Positions 10,084 through 20,554 of a stretch of 64,000 nt of DNA are shown one piece after another. Position 1 is the first letter of the stretch. Every line of letters begins with the position of its first letter. The notes under the pieces are model-generated. The model ran no database searches. It was not told the origin of the DNA and saw only the letters and a program-made list of their open reading frames with translations. Source of the DNA: Anaerolineae bacterium (GTDB lineage: Bacteria > Chloroflexota > Anaerolineae > Anaerolineales > E44-bin32); contig DUEW01000102.1 in the NCBI GenBank assembly GCA_011174845.1, forward strand, positions 2,989-66,988, in the 5' to 3' direction. A program made the translations under genes and the position numbers.

Positions 10084-10731
10084 ATGTTCACATTAAATTC
10101 AAAGACTTCTAAATTTGCCGCTATTTCAATTGCAGTCATTCTCATCGAGAAATTTATCGCATCAATGATCTTTCGATCATTTTCATCTCAAGATTCGAAT
10201 TTTGATTTGATAATCGATCTTCAAGGCTTTGTATTCGCTTGGATGGTTCCCTTGCTCATTGTGTATTTGATTGAGGGGAGAGATCTTCGATCCATTGGTT
10301 TAGTTATCGAAAGAAAGAATTACGTTAAGTACTTCATCTATTCAGTTGTAGGTCTCATCATCCCAGCTTTCATCGTTGGATTTAATAAGGCTCTGCTCAT
10401 TTCGCTTGTTCAGCAACTCGTTTCTATTGGGGTTGCTGAGGAAGTCCTCTGGCGCGGCTTCCTTCAAGCTCGTCTGTCCGCATGGTTGGGGAAATATCAG
10501 GGATGGGTTATAGCGAGCTTGTTATTCGGCTTTGGACATCTTGTTTCATTATGGAGCCATCCAGGCATTAATCCTGAGATTGGTGATTTGATCTTGCTCG
10601 GGCAGACTACTGCTGGAGGGTTTATTCTCGGATTTATTTTCCTCCGTGCGAAGAGCATTGTCCCAGGAGCGATATTTCATGTATTTGGCAATGTATACCT
10701 CTTTAAGTTGATCGATCTCATGATTGGATGA
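10084..10731 (+). CDS. CPBP-family intramembrane glutamic endopeptidase (CAAX protease-like)
   Basis: Multi-TM protein with the three CPBP motifs EEVLWRGFL, FGFGH and HVFGN. Confidence 0.8.
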   Translation: MFTLNSKTSKFAAISIAVILIEKFIASMIFRSFSSQDSNFDLIIDLQGFVFAWMVPLLIVYLIEGRDLRSIGLVIERKNYVKYFIYSVVGLIIPAFIVGFNKALLISLVQQLVSIGVAEEVLWRGFLQARLSAWLGKYQGWVIASLLFGFGHLVSLWSHPGINPEIGDLILLGQTTAGGFILGFIFLRAKSIVPGAIFHVFGNVYLFKLIDLMIG

Positions 10732-10964
10732 AAGACCATGTCAATGAGCACAGAGATCACACCCTGGGCTCTATGATTGAACGTGACAGAAGTTCTTTGT
10801 TATAACACCGATGAGTTGAGGATTCTTACAGCAGAAGAAGATGCCTCAACAGATTCTGATGGAACAATCGATCCTGAGGTGACCATACTTGGATGATCGC
10901 ATGATGAATGTGAACATCCGCCTACAACGTGTATTGTTGCCTGAACCTAGTCTACGTGAAGTTG

Positions 10965-11444
10965 CTAGGAACCAGTTTTTCGAATAGGAAAGTACATGTA
11001 CATAGTGCCGATCTCGATACCCTCATAATCCTCAGGGTAGAGTTCGAACTCCGGCTCGCCTTCACAGACTTCATACTCCACGTTGGGTAGCCATTCTTTG
11101 TGATAGAACTTGTACGCTTCTATAATGGTCGGTACCGTGCATGGAATCACTGCATAGGTCTGCTCAGGAATATCCCAAGTTGTCATTCCTTCAGGAGCCT
11201 GGGTACCAGGTTCTACTTGGAGTCCTGCGAGGTAATCGAACTGCTCGGTACCTTCATCGTAGTTTGCCATGACTCCATAGCCAATTCTGTTCTTTATGAA
11301 TTCCTTCACTTCATCAAATCTTGTATGAAATTTTTCCCACAATGGCGGTATGAACTTAGGTCCATCTTTTCCACGTTCTACCATTCCCACTACGGTGAAC
11401 CCTGGTTTGCTCTTGATTTCGACTTCCATTTGGAATCCTCCCAT
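10965..11444 (-). CDS. GyrI-like small-molecule-binding domain protein
   Basis: About 155 aa, with VVG......GP..I..LW..F, a central Y.....E.G.......W.IP...YAV segment and a C-terminal EFELYP...: the AraC-E-bind/GyrI-like pattern. Confidence 0.6.
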   Translation of the reverse strand: MGGFQMEVEIKSKPGFTVVGMVERGKDGPKFIPPLWEKFHTRFDEVKEFIKNRIGYGVMANYDEGTEQFDYLAGLQVEPGTQAPEGMTTWDIPEQTYAVIPCTVPTIIEAYKFYHKEWLPNVEYEVCEGEPEFELYPEDYEGIEIGTMYMYFPIRKTGS

Positions 11445-11715
11445 TTCGATGGAGCTCTGCTCGACGTCGATTTTATGTTAGCTCTAGGTAACGCGCTCGA
11501 TTAACGAACCCATATTCATTCTACCGGCGTGTTGTGAAAAAAACTATAAAAATCAAAGAAAGCGTATGATTAATAAAGTCTCTCGATGAGAAAAACCTTT
11601 TGCATTCGTACAAAGCCGTGCTACCCTCTCGCTTGGTCAGAACTCGATATTAACTTGCCGAGAGCGCTAAGCTAATCATTACACCAATTTTCGACCAGAA
11701 GAGAGTATTTTTGAG

Positions 11716-12345
11716 ATGTACGATCAAATCCTCAACGATCTTCGAACGGCCTATGATCGAAAGGCAGATGAGCGAGATCAAAAAGGAGTCTCAGAATGGA
11801 AACATCATGAACGGCTGAGATTCCTATCGCTCCTGCGCGATGAGGAAAGACATATGCTCCTTGACGTCGGCGCTGGCATAGGAGTCCATGGAAGATTTTT
11901 CCAGGATCATGGTATGGATGTGATCTGTACTGATCTCTCCTATGAGAATGTCCAAAGATGTCGAGAAAAAGGTCTTACCGCGTGTGTCATGGATTTCCTT
12001 AGCATAGGTTTCGCTCATAAGATATTCGATGCCTTGTTTGCGATGAATTGCTTACTGCATGTTCCCAAGAGGGATTTGCCTCTAGTGCTCGAATCGCTTC
12101 GAAATAAATTGGTCATCGGGGGTCTGTTCTATTGGGGACAGTATGGTGGGATTGGGCGTGAAGGATCGTGGTCCGATGATCATTACGAACCCAAACGTTT
12201 TTTCTCGCTCCTTCCGGACGATCAAATGCGAGCCTTTAGTGAAAGGTATTTTGAAGTAATCTCTTTTAATATCATCGAGATCGAACAGGAGAACGATATT
12301 CACTTTCATTCGGTGATTCTTAGGAGAAGACACTCAAGCGGATAG
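11716..12345 (+). CDS. Class I SAM-dependent methyltransferase
   Basis: Motif I LLDVGAGIGVHG, an acidic post-I residue (CTDLS), and a later NCLLHVP segment. Confidence 0.7.
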   Translation: MYDQILNDLRTAYDRKADERDQKGVSEWKHHERLRFLSLLRDEERHMLLDVGAGIGVHGRFFQDHGMDVICTDLSYENVQRCREKGLTACVMDFLSIGFAHKIFDALFAMNCLLHVPKRDLPLVLESLRNKLVIGGLFYWGQYGGIGREGSWSDDHYEPKRFFSLLPDDQMRAFSERYFEVISFNIIEIEQENDIHFHSVILRRRHSSG

Positions 12346-12464
12346 ATGGGGGCAGCCGAAACGATCACAAACGAAAAATGGGTTGAGCATAAATCAATGG
12401 CCTTGGCTACGATTACTACAAGGTTGTTTCGGTATCAAGAGATTTTTTTAAGTGAAAAAATGAA

Positions 12465-13091
12465 ATGGCGACGAGAACGCTCTACTTGATAAGACATGGT
12501 GATTATCAGCTTGCAGAAATTAAAAAGTTAGATCGCGATCTAACGCTAGAACAGCATTACGAACTACACACCAAGGAGGGTGGTTTAACACCCACGGGAA
12601 TAAAGCAGGCAAAGTTAACGGCGAAAAGACTCAGCTCGCTTCCGATCGATGCCATCTATTGCAGTAGCCTGCGAAGAGCATCAGAAACTGCGAACGTGAT
12701 CGTCAAGGAATTTCCTGCAATCAAAGTAGAAAAAGCGAGACTGTTATGGGAATGTGTCCCATTTATCCCCAAGGCCTTCGCTCAACATGAACACTTCAGA
12801 TATTTATCTGAAAAAGATGTAGATCAATGGAAAAGACAGGCTAACGAGGCATTCGAGAGTTATTTCAAGAGGGCTCGTGGGACTGATAAACACGACATTG
12901 TCGTCAGCCATGCCAATCTCATCCGTTATCTGGTCTGCCTTGTCCTTCAAATCCAACCAGATGCTTGGTTCAACATGTTCATCGACAATTGTGGGATCAG
13001 TGAAATTCGAATAGAACCCAACGATCGCATGAAGCTTGTATCCTACAATGATGTGGGACATCTCCCACGTGAACTAAGGACATATATCTAG
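12465..13091 (+). CDS. Histidine phosphatase family protein
   Basis: RHG motif (LIRHGDY), SSLRRASETA, and a second catalytic His (VVSHANLIR). Confidence 0.8.
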   Translation: MATRTLYLIRHGDYQLAEIKKLDRDLTLEQHYELHTKEGGLTPTGIKQAKLTAKRLSSLPIDAIYCSSLRRASETANVIVKEFPAIKVEKARLLWECVPFIPKAFAQHEHFRYLSEKDVDQWKRQANEAFESYFKRARGTDKHDIVVSHANLIRYLVCLVLQIQPDAWFNMFIDNCGISEIRIEPNDRMKLVSYNDVGHLPRELRTYI

Positions 13092-13271
13092 TCTCGAGGA
13101 GTTGGAGTTTTCCTCGACTCGATAGAATAAGCTGATAGATCAAATCCGGAATAGAACCTGATCATGGGCGTCTTGAATATCAAGTGATCCGAAGATTAGT
13201 TGCTTATCTCCGATTACTCGGGACAAGGTGGCTGATACTCCTTAGATGCCCGGCTAAGTCATCCATGTGAT

Positions 13272-13721
13272 GTGATGCTCTCGGACAAGATTGGAATGGA
13301 TATGCCAAAACAACAGTATCCAGAACCCACCGTCGGTGCGCTCATCTTCGATTCCAAAGGCAAGCTATTTCTAATGAGATCTCACAAATGGCATGATAAC
13401 TATGTAGTGCCAGGCGGTCATATTGAATTGGGAGAGAGAATGGAGGATGCATTAATACGAGAGGTAAAAGAGGAGACGGGACTGGATGTTTACGACCTAG
13501 AGCTGCTTTGTATTCAAGAATTTATTTTTGATGAGGCTTTCTGGAGAAGGAAGCATTTTATCTTTTTTGATTACGTATGCAAGACCGATTCAAAGAATGT
13601 GATTCTAAATTCTGAGGCCTATGATTACACATGGGTATCATTAGATGATTCTTTTAATCTTCCAATCGATCCCTATACGGAGATCGCGATAGAGAAATTC
13701 CTCAAACGGAAAGAAAAATAA
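13272..13721 (+). CDS. NUDIX hydrolase
   Basis: Complete Nudix box GGHIELGERMEDALIREVKEETGL. The start is ambiguous (GTG 13272 or downstream ATGs). Confidence 0.85.
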   Translation: MMLSDKIGMDMPKQQYPEPTVGALIFDSKGKLFLMRSHKWHDNYVVPGGHIELGERMEDALIREVKEETGLDVYDLELLCIQEFIFDEAFWRRKHFIFFDYVCKTDSKNVILNSEAYDYTWVSLDDSFNLPIDPYTEIAIEKFLKRKEK

Positions 13722-13926
13722 AATCGGAGGTTCGAGATATTCAGCCTCCGTCGATAAAATGGAGAAATGTTTAAGAGGTAAGATCAGATATCGAAGTATG
13801 GGGAGATTCAATTAACGCTACAGGAATTGGATAGAAGGTTACGAGATCTTGGACCGGGGGATTTAAGTTATGAATTCTAAAAGACTTTGCAAACGAAAGA
13901 GGCGGGGATGACCCCTGAGGAATGAG

Positions 13927-14367
13927 ATGAAATTTAAATATCTATTCTTAATGATGACCGCTTTTGCACTGGCCGCATGCGGTGCAAATGGGGAAGGTAT
14001 ACGCCCGAGCGATGAAGATGCATTCGAGGATAAGACATGGGTATTAACATCCTATGGTGTCGAGGACGACTTGAAAACGGTCTTAGAGAACACCGAGATT
14101 ACAACTGTGTTTATTCCTGATGAAGCCGTAGTTCGTGGTTCTTCAGGCTGCAATCACTACTTCGGTAATTATGAAGTCACTGGAAATGAATTATCTGTGT
14201 CGAATATTGCCTTTACGGAGATGGCATGTCTCACACCCGAAGGGGTTATGGAGCAGGAGCAGCTGTTCTTGTCGGTGCTTGCAGCAGTCGGGAGTTTTCA
14301 AATCCAAGATAATCAGCTGACCATATTTTCTACCGATGATCACATCCTCGAGTTTAAAAAGAAGTAG
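13927..14367 (+). CDS. META-domain (HslJ-like) lipoprotein
   Basis: Lipobox FALAACG. META signature GSSGCNHYFGNYEV...FTEMAC. Confidence 0.65.
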   Translation: MKFKYLFLMMTAFALAACGANGEGIRPSDEDAFEDKTWVLTSYGVEDDLKTVLENTEITTVFIPDEAVVRGSSGCNHYFGNYEVTGNELSVSNIAFTEMACLTPEGVMEQEQLFLSVLAAVGSFQIQDNQLTIFSTDDHILEFKKK

Positions 14368-14676
14368 CTGCTTTTCGAGAAGTGGAACTGGGGCATATCG
14401 TCCTCATTTCACATTTGGTTGCATAGTATATGTCTGGTGAGGATCCCAATACTTTTATGGCAGTCGTTCGATAAGCTTCGCTCGGCAAATCAAGGGCTAC
14501 GATGGTTGAACCTTCAGGCTAATGCTCAACACAAACTTAGAGCAGGGAGGTTGGCACGACCATTGTCATATGGAGAGGTGAGATTGTATCGTTCTCATGT
14601 AAGGCGGAGGAAAAGTGATGCAGTATTATATATGTTCGAACGCTAGATGTTTATCGATTTGATAAGATAAAAGGCG

Positions 14677-15204
14677 ATGGAGGTTGATAAAATAATTTTT
14701 GGAAGATTTTTTCGTTTGGGCGGATCCGCGGGGATAGCTAGTGGGATCTTTTTCATACTTGCTGCGCTGGCTCTTTTCACATCGATCCTTGTATCGGATA
14801 TTCCCGCCCTTGTTTTCGCTACATTGGTCTTGTTTGCCAACGTGCTCATTGCCTTCACGATAATGGCAATCTATATTGTTCAAATTAAAGAGAGCGGAAA
14901 CGAAGGCGTTGCTGGCTTTGTGCTTTCGATGATCGGTCTTCTTCTGGATTTAGCCAATTTCTTTGATCCACTCGGTTCGATCCTATTTATAATTGGTCTC
15001 ACGCTTCTTGCTTTCGTTAACACGCGTAGCGGCAGGTTGCCAACTTTAGCACTATGGTTGTGGGTTGCTGCTGCAGTCTTGTCACTGCCTTTTGTGCTGC
15101 TCGGGTGGCGTTTGCTGATTGGACTAGCTTTAATCATCTCAGGAGCCATAAGGATTTGGTTAGGTGTCGCTTTGAGGTTGAAAACGGTTGCGGGTATGGA
15201 CTAG
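14677..15204 (+). CDS. Integral membrane protein, unknown function
   Basis: A 175-aa ORF that is almost entirely hydrophobic helices. No recognisable motif. Confidence 0.5.
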   Translation: MEVDKIIFGRFFRLGGSAGIASGIFFILAALALFTSILVSDIPALVFATLVLFANVLIAFTIMAIYIVQIKESGNEGVAGFVLSMIGLLLDLANFFDPLGSILFIIGLTLLAFVNTRSGRLPTLALWLWVAAAVLSLPFVLLGWRLLIGLALIISGAIRIWLGVALRLKTVAGMD

Positions 15205-15250
15205 GTTTTTACCGTCCAACGAATCGATAAAGTAGTTCCAGGAGGATCTC

Positions 15251-15703
15251 ATGTTGAAAGAATTTAAAGAGTTTGTGATGCGAGGAAATGTGGTCGATAT
15301 GGCGGTCGGCATTATCATTGGAGCGGCATTTGGATCGATTATCAATTCCCTGGTCACCGATGTGATCATGCCACCCATTGGGCTGCTTCTTGGGAAAGTA
15401 GATTTCTCGAATTTGTATTTCATCTTACAAGAAGGTGAGGTCGCGGGGCCCTATGGCTCCCTGGCGGAAGCACAAGGAGTGGGTGCGGTTACCCTTAATT
15501 ATGGTATTTTCATCAACACCCTCGTTAGTTTCGTGATCATTGCACTTGCTGTCTTCCTTCTCATCCGCGCCATCAACCGACTGCAGAGAGAAGAGGAGAC
15601 CCCTCCAGAAGAGCCCGAGACCAAGAAATGCCCTTTCTGCATGTCAGAGATCTCAATCAAGGCGACCCGCTGCCCAAATTGCACCTCTCAGCTTGAAGCT
15701 TGA
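15251..15703 (+). CDS. mscL: Large-conductance mechanosensitive channel MscL with a C-terminal zinc ribbon
   Basis: N-terminus [39 protein letters not shown] is canonical MscL. The tail carries CPFC....CPNC. Confidence 0.85.
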   Translation: MLKEFKEFVMRGNVVDMAVGIIIGAAFGSIINSLVTDVIMPPIGLLLGKVDFSNLYFILQEGEVAGPYGSLAEAQGVGAVTLNYGIFINTLVSFVIIALAVFLLIRAINRLQREEETPPEEPETKKCPFCMSEISIKATRCPNCTSQLEA

Positions 15704-15792
15704 ATGAAGTAATCATGAGATGCAGTTTCAAATTTAATGTGGGATGTGCCGGGAAACCGAAGGTTTGAATGTACTATTGTAAAGGATGATCG

Positions 15793-16668
15793 ATGATGGT
15801 TATGAGCGCCGAGACACGAGATCAACTCGAAATGTTTCAGAAAAATGAAATTACTGAACATCATATCTATAGGAAGTTAGCTCGGTCAATGAGAGCTTCT
15901 GAAAACAGGCAGATACTGGAAGAAATCGCCGATGATGAACTCAGGCACTATAAAACTTGGCGCGGGTATACCCAAAAGGATGTCAGACCTGACAGAATTA
16001 AGATCTGGATGTATTACCTGATCAGTCGGGTCTTCGGTATCACCTTTGGAATCAAACTGATGGAGAGGGGCGAAGAAGATGCTCAAGATCACTACGAGAA
16101 ACTGCAAGGGTCGATTCCAGATATTGATGTGATCATTCAGGAGGAGAATGAGCATGAAACCAGATTGATCAATCTCATTGATGAAGAGCGGCTTCGCTAC
16201 ATGGGGTCTATTGTATTGGGCTTGAATGACGCGCTTGTGGAATTGACCGGCGCCCTTGCAGGACTTACTTTGGCGCTTCAAGAAACTAAGCTGATTGCCA
16301 TAACAGGTTTAATTACTGGAATCGCAGCGGCCCTATCTATGGGGTCATCTGCGTATCTATCTACGAAATCTGAGGAAACGGTTAAGAATCCATTTCGAGC
16401 TTCAATCTATACTGGCAGTGCGTATATTGTCACGGTATTTGTCCTTATTCTCCCATACCTGATCATTGAGAACTTCTATATTGCTCTAGGTTTCACAATG
16501 GCATTCGCCATCTTGATCATCGCCTTCTTCAATTACTATATTTCGGTTGCGAAAGATGTCGAATTCAAAGAGCGATTTCTTGAGATGACCTTATTAAGTC
16601 TTGGGGTGGCAGCCGTAAGCTTTGTTATTGGCTCTGTCTTCCGATCTCTTCTGGGCATTGATATCTAG
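15793..16668 (+). CDS. VIT1/CCC1-family iron/manganese transporter with an N-terminal ferritin-like domain
   Basis: The N-terminal E..EH.IY..LA / DE.RHY pattern is ferritin/rubrerythrin-like. It is followed by LG.NDALVELTGALAG and about 5 TM helices typical of VIT1. Confidence 0.7.
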   Translation: MMVMSAETRDQLEMFQKNEITEHHIYRKLARSMRASENRQILEEIADDELRHYKTWRGYTQKDVRPDRIKIWMYYLISRVFGITFGIKLMERGEEDAQDHYEKLQGSIPDIDVIIQEENEHETRLINLIDEERLRYMGSIVLGLNDALVELTGALAGLTLALQETKLIAITGLITGIAAALSMGSSAYLSTKSEETVKNPFRASIYTGSAYIVTVFVLILPYLIIENFYIALGFTMAFAILIIAFFNYYISVAKDVEFKERFLEMTLLSLGVAAVSFVIGSVFRSLLGIDI

Positions 16669-16783
16669 AACACAATCGGTAGTTCCAAAGTTCACAACGG
16701 TTATTCTAACGGCTATTCACAAGCACAACCTTGTTTATCGCTTTTATAATCTCTCCCATTCAAATGGGAGGAGGGAGGTAGAA

Positions 16784-17251
16784 ATGGCAAAGCAACCCGA
16801 TTTCGATCTACAGGTCGCCCATAAATTTTTTGCTGCAACATGTTTCAATGAGGCATGGGGTCTTATCGAGAAACCTGACCGAACAGCAGAAGAAGATGAG
16901 GAGATGATCCGATTGAGCCTATCATCCACATGGCACTGGACACAAAGGGATGATTACACCAATCAAAATATGTCGATCGCTTATTGGCAAACATCTAGAA
17001 TCTATTCGATCCTTGGTCAAGCAAGAAATTCAATGAGATATGCTCAGCTTTGCTTGGATGTCAGCCAAGGAGATGATATTCCGCCCTTCTATCTGGGTTT
17101 TGCCTACGAAGCATTGGCTCGGGCTGAATCGGTTGCCGGAAATCAAGAGAAGGTGGAGCAGTACATCGATAAAGCCCGAGACATTGCGGCCAGGTTGACG
17201 AACGAAGAGGAGAAGAAGATCCTCGAACAGGATTTAAATACGATCCAGTAA
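16784..17251 (+). CDS. Hypothetical helical protein
   Basis: Strong RBS GGGAGGAGGGAGG before ATG 16784. The upstream part of the tracked ORF (from 16622) overlaps the VIT gene and is unlikely to be coding. Confidence 0.55.
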   Translation: MAKQPDFDLQVAHKFFAATCFNEAWGLIEKPDRTAEEDEEMIRLSLSSTWHWTQRDDYTNQNMSIAYWQTSRIYSILGQARNSMRYAQLCLDVSQGDDIPPFYLGFAYEALARAESVAGNQEKVEQYIDKARDIAARLTNEEEKKILEQDLNTIQ

Positions 17252-17446
17252 CAGGTGGATCGGTAGTTTCTATCGGGCAAACTTAATGCTCTCAGAAGAG
17301 CAATCCCATCATCAAGCCTACACCTCTTCGAGAAGTTTATAACCGAGCTTGGGACACAGCTCTGGCGCTAGTGTTGTGTGCAGAGTGGAGTAGCTTGTAG
17401 CAGGTAGAAAGTTTCATTCGAATAATTCATTGAGAAAGGGGAAAGT

Positions 17447-18043
17447 ATGAACTCTGACGATCTACACAAGGCCTCATTAGAATTCCATCCATTAACGAAA
17501 GAGAGATGGGCAGATTTTGAGGAGCTCTTCGGTGAGCGCGGCGCGTATGGTGGCTGTTGGTGTATGTGGTGGAGACTCACACGGCGGGAGTTTGAGAAAG
17601 GTCAGGGCGAAGGGAATCGGGAAGCGATGCGGTCAATCGTATGGAGTGATGAAGTTCCGGGAATCCTTGCCTACCAAGGCGGCAGGGCTGTGGGGTGGTG
17701 TTCGGTTGCACCAAGGGAGAATTACGGGTCGTTAAATCGTTCACCGGTTCTTAAGAAGATCGACGACAGACAGGTTTGGTCTATCGTCTGTTTCTTCGTA
17801 TCTAAGGATCACCGTCATCAGGGACTCATGCTAAAGCTAATACATGCCGCAATAGATTATATACAAAGCCAAGGTGGGAAGGTGGTAGAAGCTTACCCGA
17901 CAATACATACAAGTAAACGAGTGCCACCTGTCTCGAGTTATATGGGTTTTCCACAGATGTTTGAGAAAGCGGGATTTATCGAGTGCGCTCAGCCTTCCAA
18001 AAGCAAGGTCGTGATGCGCTATTTTATCGAGAGTGACTCATAA
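17447..18043 (+). CDS. GNAT-family N-acetyltransferase
   Basis: The GGCWCMWWR region plus the acetyl-CoA motif HRHQGLMLKLIHAAIDY and VVEAYP match a GNAT subfamily. Confidence 0.7.
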   Translation: MNSDDLHKASLEFHPLTKERWADFEELFGERGAYGGCWCMWWRLTRREFEKGQGEGNREAMRSIVWSDEVPGILAYQGGRAVGWCSVAPRENYGSLNRSPVLKKIDDRQVWSIVCFFVSKDHRHQGLMLKLIHAAIDYIQSQGGKVVEAYPTIHTSKRVPPVSSYMGFPQMFEKAGFIECAQPSKSKVVMRYFIESDS

Positions 18044-18183
18044 GCACGATGTCTGATACTGTAAAGATTGTATACAACGGCGGTTCATAGGTGTGACTCA
18101 GGATACATCCTCGGTGCCGTCATAGGAGGGAAATCATTTAAATGATATTTGACGTACAGACCCATCTCATCGATCGACTGCTC

Positions 18184-19347
18184 CTAACGACTTAATTCCT
18201 CAACTGTCTCTGCGAGCAACCGAATTCCCTCTTCTAACTCATCAGGTGCAACAAAACTATAGGCTAATCGAAGATTGAATTTTCCATCGTCTGGATCTAC
18301 ATAGAATCCTGGACCCGCAGAGAACACCACTCCCTTTGGACGTGAAGCTGCCTGTAATTCGTAAACGCTTACGCTAGGAGGAAGTGTTAACCAGAGGAAA
18401 ATGCCGCCTGAAGGTACTGTCCAATGAACACCTGTTGGCATGAAGCGTTCTAGTGCAGAAAGTGCGATGTCGCGGCGATTGCGGTAATTTTCTCGAAGCC
18501 TTGAGATGTTTTTCTCCCACTTATCACTTCCTAAGTATTGAGCCAGAATGGAAGAAACGAAGGGATTAGCACCGCCGCCCATCTGTGTCGTTCCACAATT
18601 CATACAGGTGTCGATAACTTCAGGTTCACCGATCAGCCAACCAAGCCGGAGTCCGGGTGCAAGAGTCTTTGAGAAACTTCCGATTCGTAAAACTCCATGC
18701 CCATCTGCCAGGGCGAAGTAGCTTGGTGGAAGATCCCCCTCAAATGCGATATCACGATACACATCGTCTTCGAGGACGATAAAGTCGTATCTCCTTGCCA
18801 AGTCAAGGATTTCTTCGCGCCGATCCTTCGTCGTCGTTCTGCCAGTAGGGTTCTGGAAGTTGGGAATGGTATAGAAAAGTTTTGGAGAGTTTCCTTCAGA
18901 GGACAAGCGCTCGACGATATCTGTCATTGCTTCAAGGATGATGCCCTTCTCATCCATGGGCACTGGATGTAATTTAGATCCATGATCGCGAAAGATGTGA
19001 ATAGTATCCTTATAGGTTGGTGCCTCCAGTAAAATTCCGCCTCCTGCTCCAACAAAAAGCCGGCAGACCATGTCGACGCCATGAGTTGATCCTGATAGGA
19101 TCATCAGATTTTCATACTTTAGGTTGAGATCCTCGGCACGGTTGAGGTGATCAACAATGCGTGTGATCAATCTTTTTTCGCCTTGTTGGGGGCCATACTC
19201 GAACATGGCAAGGGCTTGCGATTTAAACGCGGCCATGGTGGCAGTTTCAAGGTCTGCAAATGGAAAGGATGTTCGATCCGGATGTCCAAGGGAGAATGAG
19301 ATCATATTGGGTTCGATGCCTTGAGGAAGGGAATTTCTATGTGTCAT
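18184..19347 (-). CDS. PLP-dependent aminotransferase, class I/II
   Basis: PLP-lysine motif SFSKTLAPGLRLGW. YTIPNFQNPTG and LEDD.Y blocks. Confidence 0.85.
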   Translation of the reverse strand: MTHRNSLPQGIEPNMISFSLGHPDRTSFPFADLETATMAAFKSQALAMFEYGPQQGEKRLITRIVDHLNRAEDLNLKYENLMILSGSTHGVDMVCRLFVGAGGGILLEAPTYKDTIHIFRDHGSKLHPVPMDEKGIILEAMTDIVERLSSEGNSPKLFYTIPNFQNPTGRTTTKDRREEILDLARRYDFIVLEDDVYRDIAFEGDLPPSYFALADGHGVLRIGSFSKTLAPGLRLGWLIGEPEVIDTCMNCGTTQMGGGANPFVSSILAQYLGSDKWEKNISRLRENYRNRRDIALSALERFMPTGVHWTVPSGGIFLWLTLPPSVSVYELQAASRPKGVVFSAGPGFYVDPDDGKFNLRLAYSFVAPDELEEGIRLLAETVEELSR

Positions 19348-19717
19348 GTGTATTTGGCTCCCGGGTGATTTGTTGGTCCAGTAGAGTTAAATTTAAGTCT
19401 CATTTATTCTACTCATTTTTCGGCCAGCTTTTATAATCACTTAATGGAGATCAGACGGACTCGAGAAGTTTTATCATGTTGACAGAAACGGCTCTTAACG
19501 ATGTGTTCAGACTATGATCGACTAACTCTCGGGGGCGATAAATGTATTCCAGGATTAGTCCCGGTAGCGGAGGATCAGCCCGAGATTATCAACAGAGATG
19601 ATGGCTATTTTCTACGAGGGGAGATGGGGGAGGTAATCGCAAGCCGTATTTTTGAATTCATGGCTTTGACGCTGATCGGATCGTCCATCACAGATCAAGA
19701 TTATTCAGGAGCATCCT

Positions 19718-20269
19718 ATGGTTACTGAACAACCATTCTTGGAAACCGATCGGCTTCTCTTAAGACCCTTTTCTCTCAGCGATGCCCCGATTGTACAGAA
19801 ATTGGTAGGGGATGAGGCCATAGCAGCAACAACGTTAAACATCCCTCATCCCTATGAAGATGGGATGGCCGATGAGTGGATCGGCTCCCATCAGGAGGGG
19901 TTTGAGAAAGGTGAGGCCGTTATCTTCGCCATTACGCTCCGCGACGGAAATGCCTTGATTGGAGCGATCGGATTAGAGATCAATCAACAGCATGAAAGAG
20001 CTGAGCTAGGTTATTGGATTGGGAAGCCCTACTGGAGCAAAGGTTACTGTACGGAGGCGGCGGAAGCGGTCGTTCGATTTGGTTTTGATAAATACAAGAT
20101 GCTTCGAATTCATGCCGCACATTTCTCGAACAATAAAGCGTCTGGACGAGTGATGGAGAAAATTGGCATGAAGCATGAAGGGAGGCTAAGGAATCATATT
20201 AAGAAGTGGGGGAGGTTTGAAGATCTGGAGGTTTATGGGATCCTTCGAGAAGAATTTAAGGGTGCATGA
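19718..20269 (+). CDS. GNAT-family N-acetyltransferase (RimJ/RimL-like)
   Basis: N-terminal TDRLLLRPFSLSDA, WSKGYCTEAA, and SGRVMEKIGMKHEG at the C-terminus. Confidence 0.8.
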   Translation: MVTEQPFLETDRLLLRPFSLSDAPIVQKLVGDEAIAATTLNIPHPYEDGMADEWIGSHQEGFEKGEAVIFAITLRDGNALIGAIGLEINQQHERAELGYWIGKPYWSKGYCTEAAEAVVRFGFDKYKMLRIHAAHFSNNKASGRVMEKIGMKHEGRLRNHIKKWGRFEDLEVYGILREEFKGA

Positions 20270-20554
20270 CTATTTCGATGATCGATCGGTTCGCTGGATT
20301 TGAACGACTTTGCCCCATTATACAAATACCGTTTCTTTAGCTAGGAGAGGATCATTTCTTCCAGCAGAAATGATGGAAGTTGAGTTTTGTAATGGAACTT
20401 TACGCTTCTCAATCGCATATCCTGCCGTTGTTCAAAATATTCGGTTTATTTCCATAAAACCGTTTCTTCCTCAGTTGAGGAATCGTCAACATCTTTGAGG
20501 TGAACCTGAGTTAGAGGTTATCCATTCGAATAAACCCATAGACGTGAGAGAGAA

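Noticed and set aside
19501-19728. 75-aa acidic ORF ending 11 nt inside the GNAT gene
   Set aside because: There is no recognisable motif and no clear RBS. It sits in the divergent promoter region of the aminotransferase and GNAT genes. I cannot support it without homology evidence.
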